NCBI RefSeq assembly: GCF_000186885.1
Contig: NC_014972.1
Coordinates: forward strand, 3,150,001-3,182,000
Reading direction: 5' to 3'
Source: Desulfobulbus propionicus DSM 2032
GTDB taxonomy: Bacteria; Desulfobacterota; Desulfobulbia; Desulfobulbales; Desulfobulbaceae
Length of the DNA: 32,000 nucleotides
Numbering within the stretch: the stretch's first letter is position 1; each line of letters begins with the position of its first letter. A model generated the notes under the pieces. The model had not been told where the DNA came from, searched no databases, and saw nothing but the letters and a program-made list of their open reading frames with translations. Made by a program: the position numbers and the translations under genes. Shown here piece by piece: positions 8,801 to 18,951 of the stretch.

Positions 8801-9424
8801 CTCGGCATCCTCGACCTGGGGGATCAGGTCGCAGCGGAGGGCGGTGAGCGCCTTGCCCAATCCCTTGAGCAGCCCGGCCGGACCGCCCCAGGTGGCCAAC
8901 GCCCAGGCGGCCTCTTCCTCGGAGGCCGGATAGAGATGGGTGCGCCAGAAATCCTCGAGCACCTCCTGAACAAGCGCCGCCTCGCTTTCCCGCAACTCGA
9001 GGTCAAAGGGCAGGCTCGACTCGAAGGCGTGATCACGGAGGATGCGCTGGCAGAACCCGTGGATGGTGTGGATGGCTGCCTCGTCCATCCGCACCAGGGC
9101 ATCTTCCAGCCGCTGCCTGCTCCGTGCGGCAGGCAAAGCGGTGAGCAGCCGGAGCAACAGCGGGTCGGCGTCCCTCCGGCCGTGCAAGACATCAAGGGCC
9201 TCGCGCAGCCGGGTGCGAATGCGGTCGCGCAGCTCGGCGGTGGCCGCGCGGGTAAAAGTCACCACCAGGATTTGATCGATGGCGAGGCCCCGTTCCAGCA
9301 ACAGACGGACAAAGAGCAGGGCCAGGGTGTAGGTCTTGCCGGTGCCGGCGCTGGCCTCAAGCAGGCGGCGGCCGTCCAGGGGCAGGGTCAGGGGATCAAG
9401 CGGCCGCACGGCTGTCCTCCACAT
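5891..9424 (-). CDS. recB: Exodeoxyribonuclease V subunit beta (RecB), helicase plus nuclease
   Basis: 1177 aa; Walker A [78 protein letters not shown], C-terminal nuclease motif [12 protein letters not shown]. Confidence 0.97.
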   Translation of the reverse strand: [1177 protein letters not shown]

Positions 9425-12400
9425 GATCGAGGATGGGATGATACAGCGCGGCCAAACGGAAAAAATCCTCGCTCAGGTCGAGTTCGCTGCCCGAAAAAAA
9501 ATACCCGTAGGCCGGATCGCGGCCCTCGCCTTCCCGCAGAAAGCCGCCTTCCCAGGTTTTGCGCGCCTCTTCCTCTGCCCTGTCCGCTTCCGCCCGGGCC
9601 CAGGCCCAGCTGGTTTCGGGGAAAAAGGGCAGCGGCCGCGTCAACCCCTGCCAATAGAAGGCAAGCAGCTGGTGCAGATGCTTTTCCGCCTCCGCCACCG
9701 GCCCAAGACTAATGGACCGCAGCGGGACGTCGGCCTGGCTGTCCCGGGCCAGATGCAATGAACACAAGGTGACCCCGGCGGGGGCCAGCAGGTTGAGGCA
9801 CAGGTGGTGGACCCACAGTTCGACCAGATCCGCCCCCCTGAGCGCACCGGTCCGCCAGTTGATCCGCCCGCCCCGGTGCACCTGACCGAGCCAGCCGGTC
9901 AGGCGGAACGAGCCGATGGCATGGTCGAGTTCCATCGGCGCCACAGCCTCGGCCAACAACGGTCGCAGCTGCGCGGCAAAGGGTTCGCTCTCCGCGGCGA
10001 CGGCCTTGAACGCACAGCTGCCGAAACCTCCCTGCGGCAACCGGCCGCTGCCTTCCAGGCTCGACCGCACCTGCTCCGGAGACAGGCCGGCAAGCAGTTC
10101 GCCGATGGTCTGCCGCCGCAGGTGATACTGCTGCAACGGGTCGAGGGCAAAGGGTTCGCTCTCCTCGATGACCGGAATTTCCTCACGCAGGCGAAGGCCG
10201 ATGATCCGTTCGAGAAAGAAACGCACCGGATGGCGCCAGAAGCGGACCAGCTGGCCGATGTCGACGGTGCGCCACTCTTCGCCCGGGGGCTCCAGGGGAA
10301 CGGCGAGAAAAGGCGAAGGCTCGGCCTCGTGCCCGGCCGGCAGCCAGCAGGGATTGTAGCTGGCAACGGCGCTGTCCCCGCCGTAGCAGCGGCGGCTGAA
10401 GGGCTGCATCGGATGGTCGGTGGTCAGCTGGTCGAGAACGGATCCCGTTGCACCCTCCGCACAGCGGCAGCTCTGTTCGAGGTAGTCGCGCAGCTCGCTC
10501 ACCACCACCGACGGCGGCGCAAGGCTGTCATCGCGCTGGTTGCGGCCCACCCAGGAAAGAAAGAAGACATCGCGGGCCGACAGCAGCGCCTCGAGGAACA
10601 GGTAACGGTCGTCGTTGCGGCGGTTGCGGTCGCCCAAACGAGGCTCGGCGGCCATGAGGTCGAAGCTGACCGGGTGCTGGCCGCGGGGGAAGTCCTGATC
10701 GTTCATCCCCAGAAGACAGATCACCCGGAAGGGCACCGAACGCATCGGCACCATGTTGCAAAAGGTGACCCGGCCACTGAGAAAGGCCTGACCGCCGTCG
10801 GACCGGGACAGGGTCTCCTGGAGATACGCCTTGATCACCGCCAGGGGGATCGGCGCGTCGTGACGGGCAAGGCGGCAGTCGGTCCGGCAGTCGTTGATCG
10901 CCTGAGAGAGGTGTAACAGGCCCGGATCGTCCTCCTCGGCGGCAAAAACGTCCGCCAGCAGGGCCAGCAGCTCGTCGCACCAGGCTGCCACCGGACGCTC
11001 GGCCCGCAGGGTTCGCCGCCAATGGTCCAAGGTGTCGATCAGCGAGGCGAAGCCGCCCAGCTCGTTCACCTCGCCTCCGGCCAGGGGGCCGTAGGGCTGA
11101 CGGCCGGCAAAGGGCACAGGGCTCTCGCCCATCAGATAGCCGAGCAGCAGCCGATCGAGACCGAACCGCCAACTGTGCGGTTCTCCGGTGGGCACGCCCA
11201 GCTCCCGGCGGTGGTCGGCATCCAGTCCCCAGCGGATGCCCGCCTCGCCCACCCAGACATGCAGCCTTGGAAGCAGGGCTGGATCAAGCCCGAAACGGCG
11301 AAGCACCGCCGGACTTTCGCACAGGGCCAACACCTCGGGCGCGGTGAACCGCCCGCCGAGGAGCTCCAGCAGGTCGAGCCAACAGCGGATTAGGGGTTGT
11401 TCCTCGGCCAAGGACCGGTCGGCGATGGACCAGGGAATATGCCGTTCCTGCCCGGCGGCGCCGAACACCCCGGCCACCGCGTCGGCGTAGCGCTGGATGT
11501 CCGGGGCGCTGACCAGGATGTCGTCCGGAGCGAGATCCGGTATCGTCTGGAAGAGATCGAGCAACCGGTCATGCAGCACCTGGATCTCGCGCAGGGGCGA
11601 AAAGCAACGGTGAAACTGGAGCGACCGATCCTCCAGGCCAAGGACGTACCGCTCAGCGCCAACGGCTGAACGGTCGTGGAGATCAAGCAGATCGTCCTGC
11701 AGGGCGGCAAGCAGATGCCGCGCGCCGTTTTCCTGGTACAGGTCGTTCTCCTGCGTCTCGCGGTCGAGCAGCTGGCAGAAGAAATCCTGGCCCGTGCCGC
11801 CGAGCGAAACCAGCAGCGGATGCCCCTGTTCGTGGTAGGTCGCGCTGCCGACCTCCTCCCGTCCGCTGGCCCGCATCCCCGCCAGTTGGCGGGCCGAAAC
11901 CAGGTCGCCCCAGAAATGGCGGCAGGGACTGAGGTGAAAGAGGTGGACCTCGCTGTGGTTGCTGATCCCGGCAAGAATGTCGAGATAGACCGGCGCCAGG
12001 GCGTTGAGGCCAAAAAGGTGGAGCCGTTCGGGCAGAATGCCCTCGGCCACGGCACCGCCGCGCAGCAACGCCTGAAACCGTTCGCCCAAACGGGCGCGAT
12101 GGGGCACGCCCTCCTTGACCAGCGCCCGCCACAACACGGCCTGCCAGTGCCCGTCCTCGCCCCGCTCCCAGCGGGCCAGCAGATCGGGACGAAAGACCAG
12201 ATACTGGTCCAGCACCTCGCTGATCCGCCCGGCCAGCTGATAGGCCTTGATGCCATCCGCGTCATCCCGCAGATACGCCGCCAGTTCATGGAAAGGTGGT
12301 CGGGTGTCCAGCGAGGGCAGGAGCGCGGCCACCCGCCAGCGCAGCACCGAGGGCCGGAACAGGTCCTCTTCCGGTTTCTCGTCGGTCAGCCGGTGCAACA

Positions 12401-12611
12401 GCTCCCACACCAATCGGCCCGGCAAGGGAAAGCGGAGGTTGGCGGCGATGCCGGTGGCCAGGGCCAGTTGCCGATGCACCCACTGGGCCATGCCCTGGTT
12501 GTGGACCGCGATGATCTCGGGTGTCAGCGGGTCGGCGGGCGGTTCACGCATGAGGGTGCAAAGTTGCGCGAATAATGTTTCCAGTCGGTTGGATTGATGG
12601 AGATGGAACAC
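9396..12611 (-). CDS. recC: Exodeoxyribonuclease V subunit gamma (RecC)
   Basis: 1071 aa with GTG start and GGAG RBS; FHLHQSNRLETLFAQLC...VHNQGMAQWVHRQLALATGIAANLRFPLPG...ISEVLDQYLVFRPDLLARWE...PWSIADRSLAEE typical of RecC; first gene in a recC-recB-recD order. Confidence 0.96.
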   Translation of the reverse strand: MFHLHQSNRLETLFAQLCTLMREPPADPLTPEIIAVHNQGMAQWVHRQLALATGIAANLRFPLPGRLVWELLHRLTDEKPEEDLFRPSVLRWRVAALLPSLDTRPPFHELAAYLRDDADGIKAYQLAGRISEVLDQYLVFRPDLLARWERGEDGHWQAVLWRALVKEGVPHRARLGERFQALLRGGAVAEGILPERLHLFGLNALAPVYLDILAGISNHSEVHLFHLSPCRHFWGDLVSARQLAGMRASGREEVGSATYHEQGHPLLVSLGGTGQDFFCQLLDRETQENDLYQENGARHLLAALQDDLLDLHDRSAVGAERYVLGLEDRSLQFHRCFSPLREIQVLHDRLLDLFQTIPDLAPDDILVSAPDIQRYADAVAGVFGAAGQERHIPWSIADRSLAEEQPLIRCWLDLLELLGGRFTAPEVLALCESPAVLRRFGLDPALLPRLHVWVGEAGIRWGLDADHRRELGVPTGEPHSWRFGLDRLLLGYLMGESPVPFAGRQPYGPLAGGEVNELGGFASLIDTLDHWRRTLRAERPVAAWCDELLALLADVFAAEEDDPGLLHLSQAINDCRTDCRLARHDAPIPLAVIKAYLQETLSRSDGGQAFLSGRVTFCNMVPMRSVPFRVICLLGMNDQDFPRGQHPVSFDLMAAEPRLGDRNRRNDDRYLFLEALLSARDVFFLSWVGRNQRDDSLAPPSVVVSELRDYLEQSCRCAEGATGSVLDQLTTDHPMQPFSRRCYGGDSAVASYNPCWLPAGHEAEPSPFLAVPLEPPGEEWRTVDIGQLVRFWRHPVRFFLERIIGLRLREEIPVIEESEPFALDPLQQYHLRRQTIGELLAGLSPEQVRSSLEGSGRLPQGGFGSCAFKAVAAESEPFAAQLRPLLAEAVAPMELDHAIGSFRLTGWLGQVHRGGRINWRTGALRGADLVELWVHHLCLNLLAPAGVTLCSLHLARDSQADVPLRSISLGPVAEAEKHLHQLLAFYWQGLTRPLPFFPETSWAWARAEADRAEEEARKTWEGGFLREGEGRDPAYGYFFSGSELDLSEDFFRLAALYHPILDHVEDSRAAA

Positions 12612-12791
12612 CTGAGCTCCTTGCGGGTGGGCGCCTCATGGGAGCTCCCGGAGGCAGGCCCGAGCCGGCGGGAGCATCCTTGCCTCAAGAGAGCGCCGAG
12701 AAAAATGGATTTTTATTGTATGGAGATGCAAATAATTTGCTATAGTTAAATCGCAAACCGAACTTCTGCTGGCCATTTTCCCCCGCCGCCC

Positions 12792-15632
12792 ATGACGCCA
12801 CGGTTCAGTTATCAGCCCATTGTCCTTGCCCTGCTGGCCACCCTGGTCCTCGCCGGACTGTTCTATCTGCCCTATCTGTCGGTGCGCACCAAGACCATCG
12901 ATGCCTTTTACACCCAGCAGATGCTCCTTGCCCAGCAGGCCGGTTCCGGGCTGCAATCTTATTTCGCCACCTACACCAAAGCCTTGACCTATCTGAGCGA
13001 GCAGGGTGCCATCAAGACCATGGAGGACAGCGGCAAGGCCTTGTTGCTCGATTTTTTTTCCATCCATACCGAAGACATCAGCAATATTCAACGGATCGAT
13101 GCCAACGGCGCGTCACTTTTCACCTTCCCCGAGGACACGACGGTCCAAGGAGAATCGGCCCATTGCCTGCGCACCCTCGATGCGCAAACCCCCCTGGTGA
13201 GCGACGTCATCGCCCATCGCGGCGCAAAAGAGCGCATTTTCTTCTCCATCCCCGTTCTCCGGGAAGAGCGGTTCGACGGCTGCCTTTCCCTTTCCCTGCC
13301 CTATGCGCGCATCGCCAACCGCTATCTCAACCAGATCCCCATGCATGACGAGGGCTATGTATTGCTGTTCAGCCGCTCGGGCACCATCCTCCACGCCCCC
13401 GACACCTCGTTTATCGGCAGGGAAGGCAGCCATTTGCATGGTCCGCAGGAAGACATCGCCTTGTTGCGGTCGCGCATCGCCGCCCAGGAACAAACCCTGG
13501 TCCGGCTCCGCACCGATCCGATCGGCGGCGGCCCGCGAGCCGACGGCGCCGTCTTCGCGGTCGTCTACCCGGTGTCCCTGCCGGGGGACAACAGCTGGTC
13601 GATCGTTTTGGTGACTCCGGCCCAGAAGGTCCTGGGCGCCATGGCCGCCTTTCGCTCGCAGTGGCTCGTGGTGACCGGGCTCGCCGTGGTCAGCGTCGGC
13701 TTGCTCAGTTTTTTTCTGAGCGGCAACCTGGCCAAGCGACGCGAGGAACAGCGGCTGCAAGCCATGAAGGAGCAGTTGGCCGGCCTGCTCGACCTGGCCC
13801 CCATGGGCGTTTTTCTCCTCGATCCCCGGGGCGTGGTCGTCTACGCCAACCAGGAAGCGAAACGGCTGGTGACGGACACGACCGAGGCGGTGGTCGCCGG
13901 CCGCCCCTTGATCGATTTTCTCCATCGGAGCTGCCGGCCAGCGGTTGCGGCCCAGATCAAGGATTCCATAGCCGGCCAGGCGGTTCAGGTCGAGGCGGCG
14001 CAGCTGCTCACCGCATCCGGTTCGCTGCGGGATGTGGTCATCACCGCGACCCCCTATCAGATAGGCAGCCTGCAGCAGTGCATCCTCATTGTCCGCGATG
14101 TGAGCGCGGAACGGAAATCGGCGGCTTGGCAGCGCCGCCTGGCCGCGGCCGTCGACCAGGTCAAGGAGGCGGTGCTGATTGTCGATGATCAGGGCATCAT
14201 CGAATATGCCAACGTCGCCTTGGGCGAGATGACCGGCTACAGCCGGGGCGAATGCGGCGGCCAACCGGCGCGAATGCTGTGGGCCAGGGAGCAGGATGCC
14301 CATTTTGATCAAAAATTTGAAGATGTGGTCAAGCTGGGCGAGGTGTGGCGCGGCCGGATCGTCAATCAGCGCAAGGACGGCAGCCTCTTTGTTGCGGCCG
14401 CCACTGTCTCGCCGGTGCGGGATACCATGGGCGCCATCACCCACTATGTCCTGGTGCAGCGCGACATCACCCATGAAGTGGAGATCGATGCCCGCATGCG
14501 CCAGGCCCAGAAGATGGAGGCCATCGGCACCCTGGCCGGCGGCATTGCCCACGATTTCAACAATATCCTCGGCGGCATCATCGGCTTCACCGACATGGCC
14601 CTGTTGCAGTGCGCGCCGGGAACGGAACTGCACAGCAATCTCCTCCACATCCGTCAGGGCGGCAAGCGCGCCGCCGACCTGGTTCAGCAGATCCTGACCT
14701 TCAGCCGCCAGTCCGCCGAGGAGAAGTCCCCGGTGGTGGTGGCGGCCCTGATCCAGGAAAGCCTCAAGCTGATGCGGGCCACCCTGCCGGCCACCATCGA
14801 CATCAAGCAGGAACTGTGGGAGAACACGGCCAAGGTCATGGCCGCGCCGGTGCAGATCCAGCAGATCGTCATGAATCTCTGCGCCAACGCCTTTTACTCG
14901 ATGAAGGAGAAAGGCGGCCGCCTGACTCTTCGTCTCAGACGAAAACGCGCGGCCGAACTGGGCAAGACGGGCGACCACGAGGCCGGCGACTGGCTCGCCC
15001 TGGTGGTGGAGGATACCGGCCAGGGCATGGAGAACGAAACCCTGCAACGGATTTTCACGCCGTTCTTCACCACCAAGAAACCCGGCGAGGGCACGGGCAT
15101 GGGCCTGAGCGTGGTCCATGGCATTGTCCGCGATCTCGGCGGCGAGATCACGGTCCGGTCGCAGCCGGAAGAAGGGACCGTATTTACCGTCCTGCTGCCC
15201 CTGGTGGATCAGGAGCCCCACGGGGAGCTGCTGAGCGGCGAGGGCCCGCTGCTCACCGGCACGGAACATGTCCTGGTGGTGGATGATGAAAAGGAGATCC
15301 GCGAAACCTGTCGGATGATGCTCGGCCACCTGGGGTATGCGGTGACCACCTCCGGTTCGCCGCTGGAGGTGCTGGCCCTGCTCGATCGAGCCCAACCGCC
15401 GGTGGATCTGGTGATCACCGACCAGACCATGCCGAAAATGACCGGCCTGGACCTGACCGAGGAAATACGGCGACTCCATCCGGAGATACCGGTCATCCTC
15501 TGCACCGGGTATTCCGATCGGCTCAATTATGACATCGCCCGCGAGGCCGGCGCCTGCGATCTGCTGATGAAGCCGGTCGATCTGCGCGGATTGAGCGCGG
15601 CGGTACGCTCGGCGCTCGACATGAGCAACTGA
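12792..15632 (+). CDS. Membrane hybrid sensor histidine kinase (Cache-like sensor, PAS domains, HisKA/HATPase, receiver)
   Basis: 946 aa; N-terminal TM and extracytoplasmic region, PAS segments, QKMEAIGTLAGGIAHDFNNILGGIIG (H box), NLCANAFYSM (N box), EDTGQGM (G1), GEGTGMGLSVVHGI (G2), receiver HVLVVDDEKEIRE...LVITDQTMPKMTG...CTGYSD...MKPVD. Confidence 0.95.
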   Translation: MTPRFSYQPIVLALLATLVLAGLFYLPYLSVRTKTIDAFYTQQMLLAQQAGSGLQSYFATYTKALTYLSEQGAIKTMEDSGKALLLDFFSIHTEDISNIQRIDANGASLFTFPEDTTVQGESAHCLRTLDAQTPLVSDVIAHRGAKERIFFSIPVLREERFDGCLSLSLPYARIANRYLNQIPMHDEGYVLLFSRSGTILHAPDTSFIGREGSHLHGPQEDIALLRSRIAAQEQTLVRLRTDPIGGGPRADGAVFAVVYPVSLPGDNSWSIVLVTPAQKVLGAMAAFRSQWLVVTGLAVVSVGLLSFFLSGNLAKRREEQRLQAMKEQLAGLLDLAPMGVFLLDPRGVVVYANQEAKRLVTDTTEAVVAGRPLIDFLHRSCRPAVAAQIKDSIAGQAVQVEAAQLLTASGSLRDVVITATPYQIGSLQQCILIVRDVSAERKSAAWQRRLAAAVDQVKEAVLIVDDQGIIEYANVALGEMTGYSRGECGGQPARMLWAREQDAHFDQKFEDVVKLGEVWRGRIVNQRKDGSLFVAAATVSPVRDTMGAITHYVLVQRDITHEVEIDARMRQAQKMEAIGTLAGGIAHDFNNILGGIIGFTDMALLQCAPGTELHSNLLHIRQGGKRAADLVQQILTFSRQSAEEKSPVVVAALIQESLKLMRATLPATIDIKQELWENTAKVMAAPVQIQQIVMNLCANAFYSMKEKGGRLTLRLRRKRAAELGKTGDHEAGDWLALVVEDTGQGMENETLQRIFTPFFTTKKPGEGTGMGLSVVHGIVRDLGGEITVRSQPEEGTVFTVLLPLVDQEPHGELLSGEGPLLTGTEHVLVVDDEKEIRETCRMMLGHLGYAVTTSGSPLEVLALLDRAQPPVDLVITDQTMPKMTGLDLTEEIRRLHPEIPVILCTGYSDRLNYDIAREAGACDLLMKPVDLRGLSAAVRSALDMSN

Positions 15633-15762
15633 CAGCGGGTTGCCGCCCATCCGTTCCTCCTGGAACTTTTTCCGGGAAAAGCTATTGTTTTTCCCGTATT
15701 GCGGCTATGATGCCCCATGAATCCTTCTATCCCGACTCTTTTCCAACAGAACCGTTCCAATC

Positions 15763-16629
15763 ATGCATAAAGGCATCTTTCTCGGCCTGACAACGGCCGA
15801 TATAGTTTATTACGTTCCCCATCACCTGCACAGAAATCAGAAACTGAGAGCCGAGCGGCAGTTCTCCTTTGCCGGCGGGCCGGCCGCCAATGCCGCCGTC
15901 GCCTTTGCCGCCTTCGGCAACGAGGCTTCGCTGGTGACCGGCCTGGGCCAGCACCCCCTGGCCTACACGGCCCGCTACGATATCCTCGAACACAAGGTGC
16001 ACCTGATCGATTGTACCGACCAGCCCAAACGGCCGCCGATCCTGGCCTCGATCATGGTGGATCTGTCCAACGGCGACCGCAGCGTGGTCTACTCCAACAC
16101 CGATCTGCGCAAACTGCGGCACGAAGCGGTCAACGAAACGCTGCTCGAATATGCCGATATTCTCATGCTCGACGGCTACTATCTGCCCCAGGCGATTCAA
16201 CTGGCCACATGGGCCAAGCCGTTGCGCATCCCGGTGGTGCTCGACGGCGGCAGTTGGAAGGAGGGGCTGGACAAGCTGTTGCCCCTGGTTGATTATGCGG
16301 TGTGCTCCAACAATTTTTTCCCACCGGGCGTGAGCGATGCCGCAGGGGTCATCCGCCGGCTGGGCGAGCTCGGCATTCGCCACATTGCCATCACCCGTGA
16401 CGGCGACCCGATCCTCGCCCACACCCAGGGCGCGACCAGCGAGGTACCGGTGATGCCGATCCACCCCATGGATACCCTGGGAGCGGGCGACATCTTCCAC
16501 GGCGCCTTCTGCCATTACATCCTGGAAAACGATTTTCTCCTCAGCCTGGAGCGGGCCGGCGAGGTGGCCAGTTTTTCCTGCACCTCGCTGGGCACCCGGG
16601 CCTGGATCGAGCAGGAAAAATTCGTCTAG
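15763..16629 (+). CDS. PfkB/ribokinase-family carbohydrate kinase
   Basis: 288 aa; FAGGPAANAAVAFAAFGNEASLVTGLG and C-terminal signature DTLGAGDIFHGAF. Confidence 0.9.
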   Translation: MHKGIFLGLTTADIVYYVPHHLHRNQKLRAERQFSFAGGPAANAAVAFAAFGNEASLVTGLGQHPLAYTARYDILEHKVHLIDCTDQPKRPPILASIMVDLSNGDRSVVYSNTDLRKLRHEAVNETLLEYADILMLDGYYLPQAIQLATWAKPLRIPVVLDGGSWKEGLDKLLPLVDYAVCSNNFFPPGVSDAAGVIRRLGELGIRHIAITRDGDPILAHTQGATSEVPVMPIHPMDTLGAGDIFHGAFCHYILENDFLLSLERAGEVASFSCTSLGTRAWIEQEKFV

Positions 16630-16649
16630 TAGCGGCCGGCCTCCCCCTC

Positions 16650-17534
16650 CTAGCGCAGACGAAAGGGGATCTGGCAATAATCGATGCCGCGCTTGGGGAT
16701 GATGCCATGCTGCTCGAGGAACATCTTGAGCGAATTCATGGAAATATTGATGTTGGCCGTTGGCCCGAGAAACAGATGGTCCATGGCCAGCGGCCTGTCG
16801 TCCAGGCCGATGTCGAACTCGATGTACGGCACCAGCATGGCATGGCCCTCGCGAAAGAGGATCGGGGCCTCGGCGGTGTTGGCGACCACCGGCGAGACGA
16901 TCCGCCACTCCTTTTCCTCCCGGAAGGACGGGTGCTTGAGAATGGCGGCGATGCGCAGCAGATCGGTTTCCATGGAGGCAAAGGCCTCGCGGTAGAGCGC
17001 CGATCGTTCAACCGCCGAGCGCTCGCCACTGGCCTGATCGGCGGCCAGGGTTTCCACCGCGTCGACCACCTGGCGGATGAGCATCCGCTGCCGTGCCGGT
17101 TCATAGATGCACTTGCCGATCATGAACCCCTGCCGCCGGGCGCATTGGAGGATGTAGTCCGGGCAGAACCCCAGGCTCACCCCCTTGCCGGGCGAACTAT
17201 AGCCCCGCCACTGGCTGAGCAGGTTGCCGTGGGAACGGAACGAGGCGCCAAACAGCATGTGGCCGTTGGTGATCCGATAGGAGACCCAATCGGCGAACTG
17301 CGACAGCAGGGTCGTGTTGGCCTGGCCGCTGTCGATCCGTTCGCGCACCTCGGCGTTGATCAGATCCGCGGTGTGCCGCAGTTCGGCGGAGTCGTTCATG
17401 TAGCGGATATCGCTGGCCCACAGGGCACGGCTGCGGACAATGCCGAGCAGACCGCTGAAGGTGGTGTAATGGTACAGGGTGCCGAGGGGAATGTCGGCAT
17501 ACAGTTCTCGGGTTAAGGCTTCGATTTCCTTCAT
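16650..17534 (-). CDS. DUF2971-like domain protein
   Basis: 294 aa; LYHYTTFSGLLGIVRSRALWASDIRYMNDSAELRH...SQWRGYSSPGKGVSLGF...FREEKEWRIVSPV matches the recognisable pattern of this family. Confidence 0.78.
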   Translation of the reverse strand: MKEIEALTRELYADIPLGTLYHYTTFSGLLGIVRSRALWASDIRYMNDSAELRHTADLINAEVRERIDSGQANTTLLSQFADWVSYRITNGHMLFGASFRSHGNLLSQWRGYSSPGKGVSLGFCPDYILQCARRQGFMIGKCIYEPARQRMLIRQVVDAVETLAADQASGERSAVERSALYREAFASMETDLLRIAAILKHPSFREEKEWRIVSPVVANTAEAPILFREGHAMLVPYIEFDIGLDDRPLAMDHLFLGPTANINISMNSLKMFLEQHGIIPKRGIDYCQIPFRLR

Positions 17535-17747
17535 TTGCCGTTCTTCTTCTGTCGTGGCCGAGGCTTCCGTCCCTGCCGAAAATCCAGATCATTGTTGAGG
17601 TTTACGCCCTTTTCTGGTACAAAAAGGCCTTCCGATCACTCAGGTGCGCCTTTCCATCCAACCGTCGGCCCGTCTTTCTCCCTGCCGACCGGACGGCGCG
17701 CCTGTGGCGGCTATTTCGACGTTGTTCGTATCGCTGTGACACCCTGA

Positions 17748-18860
<1,113 letters not shown>

Positions 18861-18899
18861 CAGCGCCGCTCCTGTTTGGGTTGGTTGACGGCCCACACG

Positions 18900-18951
18900 A
18901 AACGGCCCCGCGCCTCTCGCCCCTCACGGGTATCGAGGCGCGGGGCCGTTT
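18900..18951. terminator. Large perfect hairpin between convergent genes, possible bidirectional terminator
   Basis: AAACGGCCCCGCGCCTC (18900-18916) and GAGGCGCGGGGCCGTTT (18935-18951), 17-bp perfect inverted repeat, 18-nt loop; located at the 3' ends of two convergent genes. Confidence 0.7.

Noticed and set aside
11676-12575. 299-aa plus-strand ORF
   Set aside because: Antisense to recC; no domain signal.
13113-15650. 845-aa minus-strand ORF
   Set aside because: Antisense shadow of the hybrid histidine kinase; no recognisable protein features.
4032-17534. recCBD plus DUF2971 as a defence island
   Set aside because: RecBCD is a core repair system and the intervening genes are ordinary signalling/metabolic genes. 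There are no restriction, Abi, CBASS, retron or toxin-antitoxin signatures, so a defence island is not supported.
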